Shown piece after piece: positions 37,394-45,879 of a DNA stretch of 64,000 nucleotides. The stretch is taken from IMG/VR virus record IMGVR_UViG_3300048914_000195. One strand, given 5' to 3'. Both the position numbers and the translations under genes were made by a program. Position 1 is the stretch's first letter, and every line of letters starts with the position of its first letter. Under the pieces are notes generated by a model that saw only the letters and a program-made list of their open reading frames with translations, was not told where the DNA came from and searched no databases. This DNA comes from a virus.

Positions 37394-37957
37394 ATGGCAG
37401 AATTTAAAGAGGCATTTGATATAACCATGGCTCATGAAGGAGGTTATTCAGATCATCCTAATGATTATGGCAATGTTACATATGCAGGAATATCACGTAG
37501 ATATCACCCTACTTGGAATGGGTGGCTTATAATAGATAAATATAAAAGGCTACCTAATTTCCCAAGCAACTTGACCGGGAATGAAGCGATAAAAGAACAG
37601 GTATATTCTTTTTATAAGAAGAATTTCTGGGATGCAAATAAACTTGACCAAGTCAAAAATCAGTCAATAGCCAATGAGGTTTTTGATACTGGGGTGAATA
37701 TGGGCTACCGGGTAGCTGCTGAATTCCTGCAACGTGCATATAATCTTTTGTCGAAAGACGAGCAAGCTTACAAGAAACTGTATGTAGATGGTCAAATAGG
37801 GTCTAAAACCATTTCTGCTATAAATGCCCATCCTCAACCAATTAAGCTGCTAAAGGCCCTTAATATACTGCAAGGGGCTAAGTATATCACTATTTGTGAG
37901 CGAGACTCATCTCAAGAAGTGTTTTTCTCAGGATGGATAGAACGTGTTAGTGTGTAG
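37394..37957 (+). CDS. endolysin, GH108 muramidase with PG_binding_3-like C-terminus
   Basis: The N-terminal AHEGGYSDHPNDYGNVTYAGI matches the GH108 EGGY..DP.D.GG.T..GI signature. The C-terminal VDGQIGSKTISAIN matches the PG-binding motif. Confidence 0.85.
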   Translation: MAEFKEAFDITMAHEGGYSDHPNDYGNVTYAGISRRYHPTWNGWLIIDKYKRLPNFPSNLTGNEAIKEQVYSFYKKNFWDANKLDQVKNQSIANEVFDTGVNMGYRVAAEFLQRAYNLLSKDEQAYKKLYVDGQIGSKTISAINAHPQPIKLLKALNILQGAKYITICERDSSQEVFFSGWIERVSV

Positions 37958-39830
37958 ACTCATGAAGTAGTCTCCAGTTTGAACCATCGCTATAAATAGT
38001 GCTTGATGAGTTGTTGCCAAATCCGGTAATAATAGTTCCGCTATTAAGCAGTATTGAAGGAGATGGCGACACTGAAAATGTTGGATTCATCTCTAGTACC
38101 GTTATATATAGGAATCTACCAGTATTTGTACCGGCGGATGGCAGCGTAATAGTTCGATTGGCAGTAATTACGCTTGAAAAAATTATGATGTCATCAGTGC
38201 TGTTTATGCTATAGTCGGCATCATTTACAGCGGTTATATTATTGGCTTTTGAAATATCATTCCTTGTCAGCGACCTAAAGGTGGGCTGTGCTGAACCGCC
38301 GCCAGTGGGGCCTGCATATATAGTATTTGGAGCTTGATTACTTTTTGTTACTGTTAGGGTGCCGGCAGAAGTGACAGGAGAACTACTAACTGCAAATTCA
38401 GAAGGCATTGATAGTCCAACCGAACTAACGCCACCGCCGCTTGAAATGGTCTCGAATCTTCCTGTAGTGACATTGCGCCCAATTGGTAAAACGCCGCCAC
38501 TAGAATAGGCGGGCATCGTTGTTGTCCTGACAGTACCATTAACCTGTAACGTATTTATTCCATCATCTGTAACAGGAGGGCTAAATTGAGTAGTATCTCC
38601 AATAATCACCCTAGTGCTATCCATTAGACGTATCATTGGGTATTCCCTACCCACATAATTTACTGTCCCAATAGAAAGCATTGGATTAGAACTACTCAGC
38701 TTCACCCAGCCCAGATATGCGACACGCTTATTGTTATTTAAAAAATCCCACGTTACGTATTGAGTAGAATCTATTAAGTTAGACTGAATGGCGCGGTAAG
38801 AGGCCCCTGAAGTGTAGAATTTGCCTGCTTGTCCAGTTCCCGCAATATGGAAGCCGCCCGCTTGAGCATAAACATTTTGTGTTCTAACGAATTGTCCGGA
38901 AAGATTGCTAATCCCTGCACTAGTTATAATGCCTTTGTCACTTACCGTTATTTTGGGTGATATTGTGTCGTTCCCATATATTCCAGGTGTTACCCCGCTT
39001 AAAGGGAAATCTGAATAGTCCAGTGATCTAAATGTGGGGACTCCTGAAATGCCTGGAGGAGATGCCAAAAATAGATTGGCGAATTGAGGCTTCAGTGACC
39101 CAGAGAGGGTGCCTGTAGATGTAACGGGAGATCCGGTTACATTAAATACTGTAGAGGGAAGGGATAGCCCCACAGAGCTGACAGTGCCACTAGGAGGAGG
39201 GGTTGATGGTATGTATTGAGAGCCATCATACTGTAGGACTTGGCCACTTGTTGGTGGCGTCGCTGAAATAGGAATAGACTGGAGCTGATTGGCGTTCCAT
39301 AAAGCAGCTGTATTTTGTGCAGAAATAGTCGCTACTGGGTTGCCAGATAGCGGCTGTGCGGTGTTATTACTTACAGTAATTCCCGTTCCAGAAAGCCACC
39401 TAACTGTTTTTGCATTAGCTACCGGATCGAGTTCATTAGAAATGTACCCTCTTGGATTAGACCAGAAAGGATAATAGTATATCATAGAATCTGCTTTAGG
39501 CAGGTATTCATGGATAATATTGGCGTCAATTTGTCTTCTCCAGCCAGTTTTATCACGAAAGTAAACTGAGTTGTCCTTTATCTGGTAAACCTGAAGCCCA
39601 TACACTGGGGCGGATACGTTGGCTGTATCTACAACTCTGGGTAGTCTAATACCTTTGTTGGTGCTATCTTTACCGATCTCTAGCCACGCAGATGGTGTGG
39701 TGAGTGCGCCGTTTGTTTTACCCACGCTCAATTGATACCAATAGATATAATCAGCCCCTTTAAATGGGGTTTGAGCTTTCATGGCGGATGTGGAGAGTAG
39801 AAAAACTAGGAATATGAGAATCCTATTCAT
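37947..39830 (-). CDS. tail-fibre-like protein with signal peptide (convergent, overlaps endolysin stop by 11 nt)
   Basis: 627 aa. The N-terminus MNRILIFLVFLLSTSAMKAQ looks like a Sec signal. There are two copies of the fibre repeat VSSVGLS.PS.F.V..SPVTS.GTL.......PTFRSL. It has its own -7 box at 39845-39852. Confidence 0.7.
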   Translation of the reverse strand: MNRILIFLVFLLSTSAMKAQTPFKGADYIYWYQLSVGKTNGALTTPSAWLEIGKDSTNKGIRLPRVVDTANVSAPVYGLQVYQIKDNSVYFRDKTGWRRQIDANIIHEYLPKADSMIYYYPFWSNPRGYISNELDPVANAKTVRWLSGTGITVSNNTAQPLSGNPVATISAQNTAALWNANQLQSIPISATPPTSGQVLQYDGSQYIPSTPPPSGTVSSVGLSLPSTVFNVTGSPVTSTGTLSGSLKPQFANLFLASPPGISGVPTFRSLDYSDFPLSGVTPGIYGNDTISPKITVSDKGIITSAGISNLSGQFVRTQNVYAQAGGFHIAGTGQAGKFYTSGASYRAIQSNLIDSTQYVTWDFLNNNKRVAYLGWVKLSSSNPMLSIGTVNYVGREYPMIRLMDSTRVIIGDTTQFSPPVTDDGINTLQVNGTVRTTTMPAYSSGGVLPIGRNVTTGRFETISSGGGVSSVGLSMPSEFAVSSSPVTSAGTLTVTKSNQAPNTIYAGPTGGGSAQPTFRSLTRNDISKANNITAVNDADYSINSTDDIIIFSSVITANRTITLPSAGTNTGRFLYITVLEMNPTFSVSPSPSILLNSGTIITGFGNNSSSTIYSDGSNWRLLHESTH

Positions 39831-39844
39831 GCTGATTGTTTTAG

Positions 39845-39852
39845 CAAAAATA
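39845..39852 (-). promoter_or_regulatory. -7 box TATTTTTG (leftward)
   Basis: The reverse complement of caaaaata is an exact TAnnTTTG match, 14 nt before ATG 39830. Confidence 0.45.
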
Positions 39853-39879
39853 CGAAAACCAGAGGATGATTCCTCCGGT
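39853..39879 (-). terminator. intrinsic terminator ending the leftward early operon
   Basis: Minus sense: CCGGAGGA-ATCA-TCCTCTGG (8 bp, one mismatch) followed by TTTTCGTATTTTT. Confidence 0.55.
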
Positions 39880-39994
39880 CGTCATTTCTCTTTGTTACTA
39901 CATCGAAGCTCCTTTATGTCTACGCAAGACAGCGCGGCACGAATTATAGAGAAAAACTGAACCCCCATCACTATGCACACAATTATTTTTTCCA

Positions 39995-40297
39995 CTATAC
40001 ACACAGTTTTGACAGTCCTTGTAGTGTTTGCAAGAGTGTCACGTTGTTTTTATGAGTAATCAGCTCTTCTAAAGCCTCCATAAGCTGACAATCTAATAAA
40101 TTGGAGCATTTATATAGAATTCCGCCATCTCTATTTGTGTTGATGATTTTAAATGATTTTTCAAGCTCGCTCACATCGTTTGATAAATCACGATTTTCAT
40201 CCTCCAGCTCGTCGTTTATGATTTTAAGTTCGAAAACCTCTTCATTCAAACGTTTATTTTGTCTTATTAATTCCTCAATTCGTGTTTGTTCGCTCAT
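39995..40297 (-). CDS. coiled-coil protein (100 aa)
   Basis: Track ORF, last gene of the leftward operon. Heptad-like sequence EELIRQNKRLNEEVFELKIINDELEDENRDLSNDVSELEK. Confidence 0.6.
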   Translation of the reverse strand: MSEQTRIEELIRQNKRLNEEVFELKIINDELEDENRDLSNDVSELEKSFKIINTNRDGGILYKCSNLLDCQLMEALEELITHKNNVTLLQTLQGLSKLCV

Positions 40298-40309
40298 TGT
40301 TTTTATGTT

Positions 40310-41383
40310 TTATTGTTTAGTAATTCCCATTACAATACCAAAGTATGAGGGGTCATCCTGACTGAGCAACACAAATCCCTCGTGATTACCCTCGCGTTGC
40401 TGCCGAATGGTGATTCGTTCGTATGGTAGTGGCTTCAGGCACTTGTACAAGGTTTTAGAAACTATTTCCAAATCGTCTAATGTACCGGATTTTTCTACGG
40501 CTATATCAGAAGAGATAGTAGCCCCTTCTTCAGGTGACTTGTATTTTAGCAAAAAGCCAGTATCGGATTCGCTGATTTTTATTGCAGCTAATAGTTCGCT
40601 GGACATGCTGGTTGCCATATCGCAAAACCCTATAATATCTGCTGTTGATACATTAAATGATGAATCTGTAACGACGCGGTTCCATAGACGTTCAACTGGT
40701 ATAGGCTTGCTTTCATTCTTAATGAACCCCATCACAATATTACCTCCTTTGAAAATGTCATAATTGCCTTTGGAATAATAGTCAGCAGATTTTAATAGTC
40801 CAATTGCGGTGGCAGCCTCTTTGGTAAGGGCTACCTTGGGTAGCACCTCATCTATTTTCTTCATGTAAAAGCAGCTCATTTCCGCCCCATACAATAGTGA
40901 ATATTCGCCCTTTGGAACAATGAATACGTATGACCACTGAGTCGGGATGTCTACTTCCGTGATATATGACTTTGCTATAGAAATCGAAGATAAGACGTCC
41001 CTTGAAAAGGGAATGGGTGCCGTGTCTTCGATGTCCGGCGATTGCGGGAATAATTTTACATCTTCCTTCTGAAAGGAAAGTGTTGTCTTATCGTCGCAAA
41101 GAGTCACGGTGGTTTTTTTCTCCTTTATACTAATTACATCATCATTTGTGTTGGATAAAAGCAGTGATAGCTTCTTTTCGTCAATTAAAACTGGCTGTAC
41201 ATCTGCGCCTCCGCTCTCTATTTCAAATTGAATATAAGATTGCAGGTTAGTTTTTGTTAGTCTGACTATAGTGTCCGAGACTGGTTCCAGCTTGATAAAA
41301 TCAAGCAACGGTAACACCTTGTTCTGTTTCAAGGTACGAGACAGCCGCAAGAATTCTTTTAAGTCTTTTGTGGTAAAAATCAT
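40310..41383 (-). CDS. DNA polymerase III beta sliding-clamp-like protein
   Basis: 357 aa, the size of DnaN. The N-terminus L..L.......KVLPLLDFIKLE......IVRLTKTNLQ mirrors DnaN (P.LPIL.N.LL......L.LTGTDLE). There is a mid FPQSPD motif (DnaN has DFPNLD) and a C-terminal YFGIVMGI (DnaN has AYVVMPM). Confidence 0.65.
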   Translation of the reverse strand: MIFTTKDLKEFLRLSRTLKQNKVLPLLDFIKLEPVSDTIVRLTKTNLQSYIQFEIESGGADVQPVLIDEKKLSLLLSNTNDDVISIKEKKTTVTLCDDKTTLSFQKEDVKLFPQSPDIEDTAPIPFSRDVLSSISIAKSYITEVDIPTQWSYVFIVPKGEYSLLYGAEMSCFYMKKIDEVLPKVALTKEAATAIGLLKSADYYSKGNYDIFKGGNIVMGFIKNESKPIPVERLWNRVVTDSSFNVSTADIIGFCDMATSMSSELLAAIKISESDTGFLLKYKSPEEGATISSDIAVEKSGTLDDLEIVSKTLYKCLKPLPYERITIRQQREGNHEGFVLLSQDDPSYFGIVMGITKQ

Positions 41384-41399
41384 AAGTCAATGTCAATAT

Positions 41400-41807
41400 T
41401 TACGTTTCTTTAATTAAAATACCATGTACTTTTTTCATCAGGCGTTTCTTCTTAAGGTATTCTTTAGTTTTGAACCCTTTAACATCTTCTGTCACCTTCT
41501 CTCCGGTTGAATGAAGTATATATTCGAAATCAGCTATGTATTTTAGGGAATAGGAACCACCCTCGTTTAATTCATATTCTACTTGACGTTTCAGCAATCC
41601 GATTACACCTGTCTTCATCAGTAGTCGCAATTCTTTGTATCGCGTTGCCTCTTTTGCGCTGTCGAATAAGATACCATCAACTTCTGTCTTTGTGTTATTA
41701 TATTTGCTCTTTTTAACATTTTCTGATACAGAAAATAAATGGGCATTCAAAGCGGCAACCTTTGATTTTTTTAAGTCTTCAAGCGTAAACCCCCATTTCT
41801 TCGGCAT
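41400..41807 (-). CDS. DUF1064-family protein (putative resolvase-type nuclease)
   Basis: KYNNTKTEVDGILFDSAKEATRYKELRLL ... YIADFEY ... VTEDVKGFKTKEY is the characteristic DUF1064 pattern. Confidence 0.75.
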   Translation of the reverse strand: MPKKWGFTLEDLKKSKVAALNAHLFSVSENVKKSKYNNTKTEVDGILFDSAKEATRYKELRLLMKTGVIGLLKRQVEYELNEGGSYSLKYIADFEYILHSTGEKVTEDVKGFKTKEYLKKKRLMKKVHGILIKET

Positions 41808-41809
41808 GG

Positions 41810-42646
41810 CTAGAAGATTTTCTTTATTCCGTCTTTCGCAAGCCCATCAAAGATGTATAAAAGTGCGCGACCTTTACCATCATTTATGATAGTTGTTTCC
41901 TCAGAGTGAGATATAACCGATTCAAGATAACCCTTCAGCAACTCTTTGGCAGCTTCACGATCCTGCTTACTCTTATTAGGACGTAGTAGCTCCTCTTTGC
42001 GATGCTCCTTCGCCTTGTTAAAGCATTCAGTTCGTACGTGAGCAGGCGGCTTTAGATCGGGCCGATAGTGCATAAGTAAATCGTATATAGAATAGGCATA
42101 TAACTTACTCACTTCAGCAATCTCTCCTTGCAGGTAATTGAAGTAAAACTGATTAACCATTTCTTTGTTCATCTTTTCCTCCTCTTCTTTAGTGGGTGGT
42201 GACGGTTCGGGGAGCCTGTTTTGCTGGTTTATTTTCTGGGCCAGCCTGGATCTCTTAATGCGATACCTGGTGAGTACTTGACCAATGATTTCAAGCGTTA
42301 AAAAGCCACCATAATAAGTAACCTTGTCCTCCCCAGCTTCATTAGCATTTATATAAAAGGCTGCGGTAATTTCAGAAATGTTCAGGTTTGAATAATGCGC
42401 CGCCATAAACTTAGCATATTCAACAGCGAACATATCTTTTGATGAATCCTCCAGCTTTAATCCTGTAATTACAGTGATTTTCTTTATCGTTTCTCCAAGC
42501 ACCCTGCCAATAGACCGCTCATCAATCGACCCTATTCTCTCCCCATCTTGAGCGCACTGCTTGATCAATATTTCGTTGGAGGTTAGCGAAAGCGTCGTCT
42601 GTTGCCGTGAGGCTAGAACCAATCGTTGGTCTTGATAATACTCCAT
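41810..42646 (-). CDS. hypothetical replication-module protein (278 aa)
   Basis: Track ORF. Its first 125 nt overlap the upstream ORF 42522..42896 in another frame. No motif recognised. Confidence 0.55.
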   Translation of the reverse strand: MEYYQDQRLVLASRQQTTLSLTSNEILIKQCAQDGERIGSIDERSIGRVLGETIKKITVITGLKLEDSSKDMFAVEYAKFMAAHYSNLNISEITAAFYINANEAGEDKVTYYGGFLTLEIIGQVLTRYRIKRSRLAQKINQQNRLPEPSPPTKEEEEKMNKEMVNQFYFNYLQGEIAEVSKLYAYSIYDLLMHYRPDLKPPAHVRTECFNKAKEHRKEELLRPNKSKQDREAAKELLKGYLESVISHSEETTIINDGKGRALLYIFDGLAKDGIKKIF

Positions 42647-42896
42647 TTTTGTAAAATTTTAAGGGGAAAATCGCTGCCCATTCAGTTGTAATGGCATGTT
42701 CAATACACTCAATCGCTTGCGATACAGTCAGGTTGGCCCGTGTAAACATATTTAGCTGCTTGTTTACGCCCATCTGTGTTTTATATGGCCTTCCTCGCTG
42801 CTTCCGGTATTCAACCCATTCTGTCCATGCAAACCTGAATTCTGGTTCCACATAAGGCAAAGACCCGAAAAGATCTATGTGTGTTGATTTCGCCAT
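42522..42896 (-). CDS. hypothetical protein (124 aa)
   Basis: Track ORF. The N-terminal 80 aa look protein-like (FAWTEWVEYRKQRGRPYKTQMGVNKQL...AIECIEHAITTEWAAIF). The C-terminal 40 aa lie in the overlap with the next gene. Confidence 0.5.
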   Translation of the reverse strand: MAKSTHIDLFGSLPYVEPEFRFAWTEWVEYRKQRGRPYKTQMGVNKQLNMFTRANLTVSQAIECIEHAITTEWAAIFPLKFYKNGVLSRPTIGSSLTATDDAFANLQRNIDQAVRSRWGENRVD

Positions 42897-42897
42897 A

Positions 42898-43248
42898 TTA
42901 GCAAGATTTTAACCAGCCATCAATATCAAACATACCATCATCCCCTTCCCACAATTGCATGGATTCCCAGTGAGGCACATATGAAGATTCGTCCGGCTTC
43001 TTTTTATGAAGCCAATTGTAAATTCCTTCAGGTATGGGCTGTGTGCATTTATATATGAACCCTTTATATGCATCTCCCGAGCAAACAAGTCGGCGTAGTC
43101 GTGTGTAAGTAATCCCTTCACACTCTCGTATGTCTTTGATCTTGTTATATGTAGCTTTGATCTCTTTAGTTGTTTGATCTATTTTTAGTATTGGTATCGG
43201 AATTGCTGAATTTCTGCTCATTGTTTTGCTGTTTTTAGTATGCTGCAA
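42898..43248 (-). CDS. hypothetical protein, possible small DNA-binding (NUMOD-like) segment
   Basis: The segment IPILKIDQTTKEIKATYNKIKDIRECEGITYTRLRRLV resembles the DNA-binding modules of homing-endonuclease relatives. The evidence is weak. Confidence 0.5.
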   Translation of the reverse strand: MQHTKNSKTMSRNSAIPIPILKIDQTTKEIKATYNKIKDIRECEGITYTRLRRLVCSGDAYKGFIYKCTQPIPEGIYNWLHKKKPDESSYVPHWESMQLWEGDDGMFDIDGWLKSC

Positions 43249-43510
43249 TATAAATATCCCCTTTATCCAGTGTGCGTTCCCAATTTTTTGTTCTTAATGG
43301 CCACTCATTCATCTCTACATCTGATCTCGGATAGCCGCAGGTCTTTACCTCTTCTTCCTTTGGTCTGATAAACACATCACATGCCCGTTCTATCTCTTTT
43401 GCCACAACAATTGGCTTATCATCAACCATAATACGTATTGGCTCTCTCCTTTCAGAGACACTCATGGTCGCTATATATTCGGCAAGGTCTTGCCAACAGG
43501 TAATGATCAT
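43235..43510 (-). CDS. hypothetical protein (91 aa)
   Basis: Track ORF, tightly packed. Confidence 0.5.
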   Translation of the reverse strand: MIITCWQDLAEYIATMSVSERREPIRIMVDDKPIVVAKEIERACDVFIRPKEEEVKTCGYPRSDVEMNEWPLRTKNWERTLDKGDIYIAAY

Positions 43511-43513
43511 TTT

Positions 43514-43933
43514 TTATGATTTAAAAATGAGAGGTGTAGAAGCACGTGCATATATAAGAGATAGGATGTCTTCAACTTCCCGTTTATATTCATTATCTAC
43601 CTTGCACAGTATTTGTCCCTTAACTACTCTGTTAGAGTGAATAATGGTACTATGATCCTTCTTAAGAAACTTGGCTATTTGAATTAGTTTCATGCCGGCC
43701 AAGTTATATAGCAAATAGCTGCATATTTGCCTTGCTTTTGCTAATGGTCGAATCCGACTGGTTTTAAAAAGCTTTTCTGAAGATATTTGATAATATTGAA
43801 GCACGCAGCCAAGTATCTTATCTGGAGAAATGAAGGATATGTCCTTAACTGTATTGGTGTTATTATTTTCAGAGGGCACTCTCCTCATGCCAGGGATGGC
43901 ATAGGCTGCGCTGTGTGTATTCGGTATGATCAT
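43514..43933 (-). CDS. DnaA domain IV-like HTH protein
   Basis: SRIRPLAKARQICSYLLYNLAGMKLIQIAKFLKKDHSTIIHSNRVV matches the DnaA C-terminal pattern R...aRqiAMYL...t..s...IG..fg.rdHtTV.ha. The start is set at ATG 43933, which forms an ATGA overlap with the stop of 43930..44121. Confidence 0.7.
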   Translation of the reverse strand: MIIPNTHSAAYAIPGMRRVPSENNNTNTVKDISFISPDKILGCVLQYYQISSEKLFKTSRIRPLAKARQICSYLLYNLAGMKLIQIAKFLKKDHSTIIHSNRVVKGQILCKVDNEYKREVEDILSLIYARASTPLIFKS

Positions 43934-44121
43934 ATGATGATAAATTTTGGCTCTGTGAATGGAATGGCGAAGCACACATATATGTCAATGTTTACAAAAA
44001 TGCAGAACTCCTCCAATTGCTCATATTCTTTATCTTCCCTGTCGCATAATAAGGCATTTGGCTTCTTGCCGTTACGAACAGTGAATGCTTCTAGTTCTTT
44101 GATAAACGTGGCCCTTGTCAT
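43930..44121 (-). CDS. hypothetical protein (63 aa)
   Basis: Track ORF. It has an ATGA coupling to the downstream gene. Confidence 0.45.
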   Translation of the reverse strand: MTRATFIKELEAFTVRNGKKPNALLCDREDKEYEQLEEFCIFVNIDIYVCFAIPFTEPKFIII

Positions 44122-44127
44122 ACAGTG

Positions 44128-44841
44128 TTATTTTAGGCTGTCAATAATCTTGTTCATTTCACTAACAGCCGCTTCTAAGCGAATTGAGTACTCATTGTGT
44201 ATTGTTTTATCTGGCAGGACTGTTAATACTTTCATTTTATATTTTTGTTCTATAAAACGCCCATCATAAGAAACAAAGTCAAACTTGTCTAAATTGGCCA
44301 TAAACATAGTTGTCTGGATTTGTATATAGTACTCCCACCGTTTGTTTTTTAAATCGCCTTGATCCTTTAATAGCAAATTAATTATATGCTCAGAGCTGTT
44401 ATATGGACACTTGAAATCAGCACCTCGCCTTTCAGTGTCTGTAAGTGAAAGCCAGTCAGGAGAAAACCCAGCATATTCTCCATATTCAAAGAATTTAGGA
44501 TTTGTTACTCCAAAATAATCCCCAGAATAGCCTGTCCTTGATTCATACATTTCCTTGGCGAGCCACTCTTGCTCTTTGCCCCAGGTAGTTTGAACAAAGT
44601 TTGATTCCTCTTTTACTTGAAGTGTTAATCGCTCTGCGGCCTTTTGTAGTATATACCCCATCGCGGTGTCACCAAATATAGTATCAACAGTCTTACGAGT
44701 CCCCCCTGCTTTTTTTTCTACCTTTAACTCTTCTTCAGTCATCGCTCTGCGACCCCCTGTGAATAGCTTAAAGTTCTCAGATGCAGTAAAGCGTCCACAT
44801 CGTAAGTAAAGCCATTCCCACGTTTCTAATGGTGCCTCCAT
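44128..44841 (-). CDS. YqaJ-type viral recombinase exonuclease (PD-(D/E)XK)
   Basis: WEWLYLRCGRFTASE at the N-terminus and GFSPDWL ... GADFKCPYNS match the YqaJ signature (W...R.g.iTaS; SPDg...lEiKcP). Confidence 0.8.
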   Translation of the reverse strand: MEAPLETWEWLYLRCGRFTASENFKLFTGGRRAMTEEELKVEKKAGGTRKTVDTIFGDTAMGYILQKAAERLTLQVKEESNFVQTTWGKEQEWLAKEMYESRTGYSGDYFGVTNPKFFEYGEYAGFSPDWLSLTDTERRGADFKCPYNSSEHIINLLLKDQGDLKNKRWEYYIQIQTTMFMANLDKFDFVSYDGRFIEQKYKMKVLTVLPDKTIHNEYSIRLEAAVSEMNKIIDSLK

Positions 44842-44843
44842 AT

Positions 44844-45026
44844 TTAAACCATTTTTTTGGTAACATCTCCGTTCTTTTCAACCAAGAACTTTTGCCCGTT
44901 ATGGATGAATTGAACTCTGCAATTAAAAATACCTGCAATCACGATAGCCTCGTCTTGACACCGATACAAGCTTGCACCGGCTACAGGCTCTAGGATAATT
45001 ACTTTAAAATCAAAGTTTTTTGACAT
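44844..45026 (-). CDS. hypothetical protein (60 aa)
   Basis: Track ORF between the exonuclease and annealase genes. Confidence 0.45.
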   Translation of the reverse strand: MSKNFDFKVIILEPVAGASLYRCQDEAIVIAGIFNCRVQFIHNGQKFLVEKNGDVTKKMV

Positions 45027-45754
45027 TATTTAATTTTTTGACGATGGTAGTATAAGTATTCTTTCTTGAATTCCGGGACTTCTCTTAAGTCTGGATAAGA
45101 ATCCCATATGGTTTGAAAGTCTTCCTTAGAAGAAGCTTTTTGAATTAGACTCTTTGCTTCTGACAGCATAGCCGTATCATTAATTAAGTCGCCATAAAAG
45201 TCGCCAGGGGTGTCTTCGTGTTTTCTGTTAAGATTTCTTCCAAACGTAATCCCTAGAGATTGAGCGGCATTTTTAAGCGCTAAAGACTTCGCCTTGGGGA
45301 AGGCAAGATATAAAGCGTTTGGCTTTTTGTTTTGCATGTCTAACGACCATGCATTTCTGTCTCGCTTCTCCTGCTCAGATTCACCATCTCTCCACTTTAA
45401 TCTCTCCGGCACGGCGTCAACCATTATTTGTATTGCGGCAAACCCCGCCCTGGTAATTTCTCTATTGGTTTGAGGATCTATTACCCACAATTCAAGGTGG
45501 ACAAGAACTTCATTTGCAATGGTTTGAATATGCACATTTCTTGTTCCCCATTGCCGAAGATATATTTCATCAAGCCGGCTTTCTATAAACGATATGGGGA
45601 GTATCTTGGCCTTCTTGTCTGGAGTTGGTTGTAACTCGCTCTCTTTGGGGGACTCATTAAGCAATTTAGTAAACGCTTCGATGACCTGAAAAGCCTCTTG
45701 CTGAAATGTTTTCACTCCATTTGTGTGGTCTAACGTAGATAATTCTGTACTCAT
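45026..45754 (-). CDS. single-strand annealing protein, Rad52/Sak-like
   Basis: Adjacent to the YqaJ exonuclease. ILPISFIESRLDEIYLRQWG and KAKSLALKNAAQSLGITFGRNLNRK resemble the Rad52-family N-terminal and KxAxTDAxKRAxxxFG motifs. Confidence 0.55.
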   Translation of the reverse strand: MSTELSTLDHTNGVKTFQQEAFQVIEAFTKLLNESPKESELQPTPDKKAKILPISFIESRLDEIYLRQWGTRNVHIQTIANEVLVHLELWVIDPQTNREITRAGFAAIQIMVDAVPERLKWRDGESEQEKRDRNAWSLDMQNKKPNALYLAFPKAKSLALKNAAQSLGITFGRNLNRKHEDTPGDFYGDLINDTAMLSEAKSLIQKASSKEDFQTIWDSYPDLREVPEFKKEYLYYHRQKIK

Positions 45755-45770
45755 GTTTAAATTTTAGAGA

Positions 45771-45802
45771 TAAAAAAATCGGGACGCATAGCACGCCCCG
45801 AT
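45771..45802 (-). terminator. intrinsic terminator 20 nt upstream of the annealase start
   Basis: Minus sense: ATCGGGGCG-TGCTATG-CGTCCCGAT (9 bp including one G-U) followed by TTTTTTT. Confidence 0.6.
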
Positions 45803-45879
45803 AACCATCAATCAGAGCTAAATCATGAAAAAAGCGAAAGATAAAATATGATGATAAAAACCACATACCAGAAAGCAAA

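Noticed and set aside
45666-45878. 70-aa minus-strand ORF between the two terminators
   Set aside because: It overlaps the annealase gene start in another frame and spans a strong terminator hairpin.
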